The notes under the pieces were generated by a model. That model was not told where the DNA came from, made no database searches, and worked only from the letters and a program-made list of their open reading frames with translations. A DNA stretch of 64,000 nucleotides from Candidatus Bathyarchaeia archaeon (GTDB lineage: Archaea > Thermoproteota > Bathyarchaeia > Bathyarchaeales > Bathycorpusculaceae): contig JAVZLQ010000005.1 in the NCBI GenBank assembly GCA_038883655.1, forward strand, positions 1 to 64,000, given 5' to 3'. Position numbers and translations under genes: made by a program. Each line of letters opens with the position of its first letter. The first letter of the stretch is position 1. Positions 58,903-64,000 of the stretch are shown here, piece by piece.

Positions 58903-61104
58903 ATGTTAAGAAATAGGATAATTGCCTTAACGATATTGACTGCGCTTTCCGTAAGCATGTTAGCATTTGTAAGCTACATTGAACAGGTTGAAGCAACAGA
59001 TGAAATAATTTACATTAATGCCGATGGCTCGATTACGCCGCCAGAGGCAAACATAACCACAACCGACTATGTCACGTACACGTTTAATGGCACAAACTTT
59101 TATCCAATAGTTGTGAATAAAAGCAACATAATCATAAATGGAAACGGCTTCGCAGTTCAAGGCAAAAAAGTTTCTCAATCCTTTGGCATCTCCCTTTACA
59201 GCTTGAGCAATGTCACCATTGCAAACGTGACGGTTAAAGACTTTTATTATGGCATTAAATTGAACGAGACAACTAATGTCAAAATTTTGGGAAGCTCCTT
59301 CAATAATACTATGGATAACCTTTGGGGCTACGACACTTACAAAACTACAATCTCTGGGAACCACATGACAGGAGGACACGATGGAATTTATTTCAGGTTT
59401 TCCTTTAGCGACACTATCTCTGGAAATAACATCACTGGAAACACTTATGCTGGCATACAACTAACAAATGCGCATAACACCACAATTTCTGAAAACAACA
59501 TTTCAAAAAACAAGAAAAGCGGCTCCTCTAGTTACAGTATCCTAATTTACAGTTCAACAGATAACCAAATTTACGGCAATAATGTAACAGAAGGCTATTC
59601 TGGAATAAGTCTTATCGAATGCAACCAATCGAAGGTTTACCAAAACATCGTAGAAACACACGAGTGGATGGGAATAGTCCTTGCCAGATGTATAAACACT
59701 TTAATGTATAACAATTTGCTTAGTAACAATCATTATGGGCTCCATGTTGTTGCAGAAGAATTGGACCATTATATGCATTCCATTAACGCTTCAAACCTTA
59801 TAGATGGCAAACCAACCTACTACCTAATCAACCAGCATCACTTAACTATTAACGCGACAACACACCCAGAAGTTGGTTTCCTTGCCCTAATAAACTCAAC
59901 AGATATCACCGTTGAAGGATTGAATATAACAGGAAGCGCAAAAGGAATTTTGGTAGCCTATACAAACAACATAGAAATCCAAAATAACAATCTCACGAAC
60001 GACTACTATGGGATGTTCCTAGACAATTCTTTAAACATCACAATAATTAGAAACATTATCCAAAAAACCGATCGAGGCATCTACATTACAAATGCCACGG
60101 ATATCACGATTAGCGGAAACACTTTGAAAGATAGTGGTGATACCGAAATAGAAATTTACTACTCTCCGAACTGCACAATCTCCAACAACGAGATAATAAG
60201 CAACGGTTATGGAATTAGAATTCTCTCTCATTCAAGCGCGGTTATTAGCGAAAATAACATTTCGGCAATCGACACTTGCATTTCCATCGACGTTTCTGAA
60301 AGCATCATCCACGCAAACAACATAACGAACAGCTATACAGCAATCGACATCAGCACCTCTTCAAACAACATCATACGCAAAAACAACATAACGAATAACG
60401 AGTATGGCATCACGCTTTCACGTTCAAACAACACCCTCATATGCGAAAACAACATGGTGAACAACACCTATAGCATAGACCTTGGCAGATCAGAAAACAA
60501 CACAATATACCACAACAACTTCATAAACAACACAAACCCAGCATACACATACCAGTCACCGTGCACATGGGACAACGGATATCCTTCTGGCGGAAACTAC
60601 TGGAGCGACCATACAGGAGTTGACGCGGATTACGACGGCATCAGCGACATACAATATACAATTGACGCAGAAAACATTGACAGATATCCACTTATGGGTC
60701 CAATCAACGTTTTTGACGCTGGAAGATGGGACGGTGCAGAGCAAAAAATCGAAATCATAAGCAATTCAACAGTTTCGCATTTCCAACTGGACGTAGACCA
60801 GAAAAAGATAAGCTTTAACGTTACTGGAACGTCTGCAAGTGGTTTCTGCAGAATAACAATTCCAAACATCATCATACAAGAATTGTGGCAAAACAACTAC
60901 ACTGTCCTATTAAACGGCGAATCATTAGACTTCATAAACTGGACATACGCCGCAGACACATACATATACGTTAACTATACACACTCAACGCATGAAATAG
61001 CAATAGTGCCAGAATTTCCATCAGTAGCAATGCCGCTTATACTAGGTGCGATCGCAGCGCTCACAATAATTCTCAAAAAGAAAACTAGAGCTAAACAATC
61101 CTAA
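58903..61104 (+). CDS. NosD/CASH beta-helix surface protein with PEF-CTERM-like anchor
   Basis: Signal peptide, Asn-rich repeats, WDNGYPSGGNYWSD, VPEFP plus TM. Confidence 0.85.
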   Translation: MLRNRIIALTILTALSVSMLAFVSYIEQVEATDEIIYINADGSITPPEANITTTDYVTYTFNGTNFYPIVVNKSNIIINGNGFAVQGKKVSQSFGISLYSLSNVTIANVTVKDFYYGIKLNETTNVKILGSSFNNTMDNLWGYDTYKTTISGNHMTGGHDGIYFRFSFSDTISGNNITGNTYAGIQLTNAHNTTISENNISKNKKSGSSSYSILIYSSTDNQIYGNNVTEGYSGISLIECNQSKVYQNIVETHEWMGIVLARCINTLMYNNLLSNNHYGLHVVAEELDHYMHSINASNLIDGKPTYYLINQHHLTINATTHPEVGFLALINSTDITVEGLNITGSAKGILVAYTNNIEIQNNNLTNDYYGMFLDNSLNITIIRNIIQKTDRGIYITNATDITISGNTLKDSGDTEIEIYYSPNCTISNNEIISNGYGIRILSHSSAVISENNISAIDTCISIDVSESIIHANNITNSYTAIDISTSSNNIIRKNNITNNEYGITLSRSNNTLICENNMVNNTYSIDLGRSENNTIYHNNFINNTNPAYTYQSPCTWDNGYPSGGNYWSDHTGVDADYDGISDIQYTIDAENIDRYPLMGPINVFDAGRWDGAEQKIEIISNSTVSHFQLDVDQKKISFNVTGTSASGFCRITIPNIIIQELWQNNYTVLLNGESLDFINWTYAADTYIYVNYTHSTHEIAIVPEFPSVAMPLILGAIAALTIILKKKTRAKQS

Positions 61105-61152
61105 AACCCAACATTTTTATCCACTTTTAGCTTCGCACGTCAACTTCTTTTT

Positions 61153-62088
61153 TTATGGCGCCTTGCTCAATTCGACTTCAAACTTGTATTCGCGTCCTCT
61201 TCGGAAAACGGCGATTTCCACTTTATCTCCAACTTTTCTGCTGTGAATTTCATGAAGCAAATCCTCAATTCTATAAATGTCCTTTTCACCTATTCTCAAA
61301 ATTATGTCGCCAGCAGCTATTCCAGCATTTTCCGCTGGGCTGTCCTCTGCCACACGTGTTACAAGAACACCATAGTCAAGTGGCAAATCATAGTAGCGTG
61401 CAAGTTCGCCCGTAATGCTTAAGCCAACTATGCCAAGCCAAGGTCTGGCGGAAATCCCATTCGCTATTATTTCGTTTGTGCATTTCTTGGCTAGATTAAT
61501 TGGAATTGCAAAGCCTATTCCCTGCGCAAAAGGGATAATCGCCGTGTTTATGGCAACAACTTTCCCCTCAAGGTCAACAAGCGGTCCGCCACTGTTTCCA
61601 GGGTTTATTGCAGCATCTGTCTGAACGAGGTTTTCCAAAAGGCCTCTCCGTGACTCTATTGTTCGGTTAACGGCGCTGATAACGCCAGAAGTCACTGTTG
61701 GTCCGCCAGCCAAGCCGAAGGGATTTCCAATGGCGTAGACTCGCTGTCCAACACGCAGCTTATCGGAATCGCCAAGCTCTGCTGCTGGCAAGTCTTTTGC
61801 GTTGACTTTTACAACAGCCATATCGTGAGCGGCGCATGAGCCAACAAGTTTTCCTTCCAAGATTTCGCCGTTCCAAAGCGTCACATCAATCTTTTCCGCA
61901 CCGCCAACAACATGGTTGTTTGTTAAAATGTACCCTTTCGAGTCTATTATTGTTCCAGAACCCATCCCCTCAACTGGAACTGCTTGATAAAATATGTGAT
62001 GGACAATTCTTATTGTGCTTATGTTCACAACACTCCTGCTGACTTTCTCCAAAATGTCCAGAACTTTCTTCTCGTCAAAGGAAGACAA
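61153..62088 (-). CDS. HtrA/DegQ trypsin-like protease with one PDZ domain
   Basis: TNNHV, TDAAINPGNSGGPL, PDZ; no signal peptide visible. Confidence 0.92.
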   Translation of the reverse strand: MSSFDEKKVLDILEKVSRSVVNISTIRIVHHIFYQAVPVEGMGSGTIIDSKGYILTNNHVVGGAEKIDVTLWNGEILEGKLVGSCAAHDMAVVKVNAKDLPAAELGDSDKLRVGQRVYAIGNPFGLAGGPTVTSGVISAVNRTIESRRGLLENLVQTDAAINPGNSGGPLVDLEGKVVAINTAIIPFAQGIGFAIPINLAKKCTNEIIANGISARPWLGIVGLSITGELARYYDLPLDYGVLVTRVAEDSPAENAGIAAGDIILRIGEKDIYRIEDLLHEIHSRKVGDKVEIAVFRRGREYKFEVELSKAP

Positions 62089-62214
62089 ACTTTCACCATA
62101 CTGAAGGTGTTAGATTCTTTTTGACTTAAGCTTAACTGTTTGACGCTTTTACTAGTTGGGCGAAGGTTTTAGGTAAGCTAAAATAACAACATTAACATTC
62201 TAGTCTAGAATTGG

Positions 62215-63090
62215 GTGTTCAAAGCAATGAAAGTCAGCATAGTCTCTTTAACTTGTTGCGCGGGATGCATATCATCACTGTTGAACGCTGGCGACGCCTT
62301 TCTCGAAATCCTTTCTGAAGACTTCGAAATAGTTTACTCTCCAACATTCATAGACCTCAAGGAAATTCCAGAAGTCGATTTGGCAATTGTTGAAGGTGGA
62401 GTGCGAACACAAGCAGACGAAAACCTAATTATGGAAGTTCGCGCCAAATCAAAAGTTCTCGTTGCCCTTGGAATATGTGCTACTCACGGCGGAATAACAA
62501 CCCTAGGCAACATAACATCCATCAAAAAGCTTCTCGAAAAAGAATATACGCTGATAGACACAAGCAAGCTTCCAGAACTAAAGGATTTAATGTATCCAAT
62601 ATGTAACTTCGTCGACGTCGACTATTACATTCCAGGGTGCCCGCCCATGCCTTTCCTAATAATCCATAGCCTAAAAAGCATAGTAAGCGGAAAAACGCCG
62701 ATGCGCCACCACAGCGTCGTATGCACAGAATGCCACAGAAAAATTGTTCCAGCAAAGCTCGACCACCTATATGGCGTTTATGAAAAGGAAGTTGATCCCG
62801 AACTCTGCCTAGTAAGCCAAGGCTTCGTATGTTTAGGTTCGCTAACGCGCGAAGGGTGTGGAGCACCATGCCCAAGGGCGGGCTTCACATGCTTTGGCTG
62901 CAGAGGACCAGCAGACTCGCTCTTGTATAGGTCTCGGGACATTTACGCATTACTCGTCAAGGTCATATCCAAGCGTACAGGCATACCAGAAGAGACTGTC
63001 AAGAAAGAGTTGTATCGCAATCCATTCGTTTTTCACACTTTCATATTCTCCAAGTTTGAGCGTTTCAAGGCTAGGGAGAGGATAATTTGA
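62215..63090 (+). CDS. Group 3 [NiFe]-hydrogenase small subunit (MvhG/HydD-like)
   Basis: CCAGC, VEGG, GICATHGG, PGCPP, Cys-rich C-terminus ending CFGCRGP. Confidence 0.88.
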   Translation: MFKAMKVSIVSLTCCAGCISSLLNAGDAFLEILSEDFEIVYSPTFIDLKEIPEVDLAIVEGGVRTQADENLIMEVRAKSKVLVALGICATHGGITTLGNITSIKKLLEKEYTLIDTSKLPELKDLMYPICNFVDVDYYIPGCPPMPFLIIHSLKSIVSGKTPMRHHSVVCTECHRKIVPAKLDHLYGVYEKEVDPELCLVSQGFVCLGSLTREGCGAPCPRAGFTCFGCRGPADSLLYRSRDIYALLVKVISKRTGIPEETVKKELYRNPFVFHTFIFSKFERFKARERII

Positions 63091-64000
63091 GTCAAAAACG
63101 GGAAGTTACAATTTCACCAACAACAAGGATTGAAGGACACGGAAAAGTAACAATAGTGCTAGACGAGGTAGGAAACGTTGCAGACGCATACTTTTACGCA
63201 ACCGAAATTCGGGGGTTCGACTACTTTTTGAGGGGAAAGGAAGCTGAAAGACTCCCATTCATAATATCACGTATATGCGGAGTATGCTCAACAGCACACG
63301 TGCTGGCTTCTGCAAAAGCCATCGAAAACGCTTATTGTGTGGAAATAACCGAAACGGCGAAAAAGCTCAGAGAGCTCTTGCTCATGGGACAAATAATAAG
63401 CAACCAATCGCTAGTGTTCTTTTTCTTAACACTGCCAGATTTTTGGTTCTCATCGGAAGAAGACCCTTCAAAAAGAAACATTTTTCACATCATGCGAGAA
63501 AAACCAGAAATAGGAAGAAAAGCCATCGAATTAAGAAGTTTTGCGACGCAGATACTGAACATAATTGGAAAACGTGAAGTCCACATAGTCTCGGTAATAC
63601 CAGGCGGAATAATCAGCCCAATGAGGGAGAAGGAACGCGAAATACTGCTCAAGACATCAGAAGAAGCGTGCAAAATAACCAAAGAAGCAATAGAACTTGG
63701 AAAAGAGCTTTTTGAGAAAAACTGGCTTGAATTCAAAAAAGCAGGAGACTACAAGACGAATTACATGGCTTTAACGGACAACGGATCAATAGGATTTTAC
63801 GAAGGAAAAGTAAAAGCGATAAACTCAGAAGGCGAAACGCTGTCAGAATTTGACACACAGCAATACGTGGAGCACGTTGAAGAGAAACGTTTTGGGTGGA
63901 CATATGCAAAATTCGCTTATTTGAAAGCTTTGGGATGGCCAAACGGCATAGTCCAGGTTGGACCAACGCCGAGGATTAACGTGAACAAGAGTGCGGCAAC
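63087..64000 (+). CDS. Group 3 [NiFe]-hydrogenase large subunit (partial)
   Basis: TTG 63087; TRIEGHGK, RGF, SRICGVCSTAH (L1 motif); runs off the window. Confidence 0.9.
   Translation, partial: MSQKREVTISPTTRIEGHGKVTIVLDEVGNVADAYFYATEIRGFDYFLRGKEAERLPFIISRICGVCSTAHVLASAKAIENAYCVEITETAKKLRELLLMGQIISNQSLVFFFLTLPDFWFSSEEDPSKRNIFHIMREKPEIGRKAIELRSFATQILNIIGKREVHIVSVIPGGIISPMREKEREILLKTSEEACKITKEAIELGKELFEKNWLEFKKAGDYKTNYMALTDNGSIGFYEGKVKAINSEGETLSEFDTQQYVEHVEEKRFGWTYAKFAYLKALGWPNGIVQVGPTPRINVNKSAA

Overview
Archaeal chromosomal window, most consistent with Bathyarchaeia/TACK (GatDE, Elp3, RIO2, Lsm, S30e, CdvA-like protein, PEF-CTERM beta-helix surface proteins, tRNAs with non-canonical BHB introns); the taxon is inferred, not database-checked. 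Most of it is housekeeping (valS, cysS, gatDE, thiI, pyrH, hutH, rps12/rps7, GS-family ligase, ABC transporters, group 3 [NiFe]-hydrogenase at the right edge). Main finding: a 5,586-bp integrated element (8137-13766) bounded by perfect 44-bp direct repeats of the 5' half of tRNA-Lys(UUU). Its integrase is split by integration and rejoins in frame on excision into a ~378-aa fusion of a CcdA-like ribbon-helix-helix domain and a tyrosine recombinase. It also carries a second tyrosine recombinase, an IrrE-like membrane metallopeptidase and several unannotated microproteins. Other highlights: an archaeal TPP riboswitch that buries the ribosome-binding site of thiT; a two-intron tRNA-Tyr; four paralogous beta-beta-alpha + winged-helix proteins beside a stand-alone NurA-HerA pair; a ~130-nt orphan hairpin upstream of cysS; a dispersed G-string repeat; and kb-scale strand-composition flips. 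All calls come from reading the sequence and motifs by eye; no searches were run.
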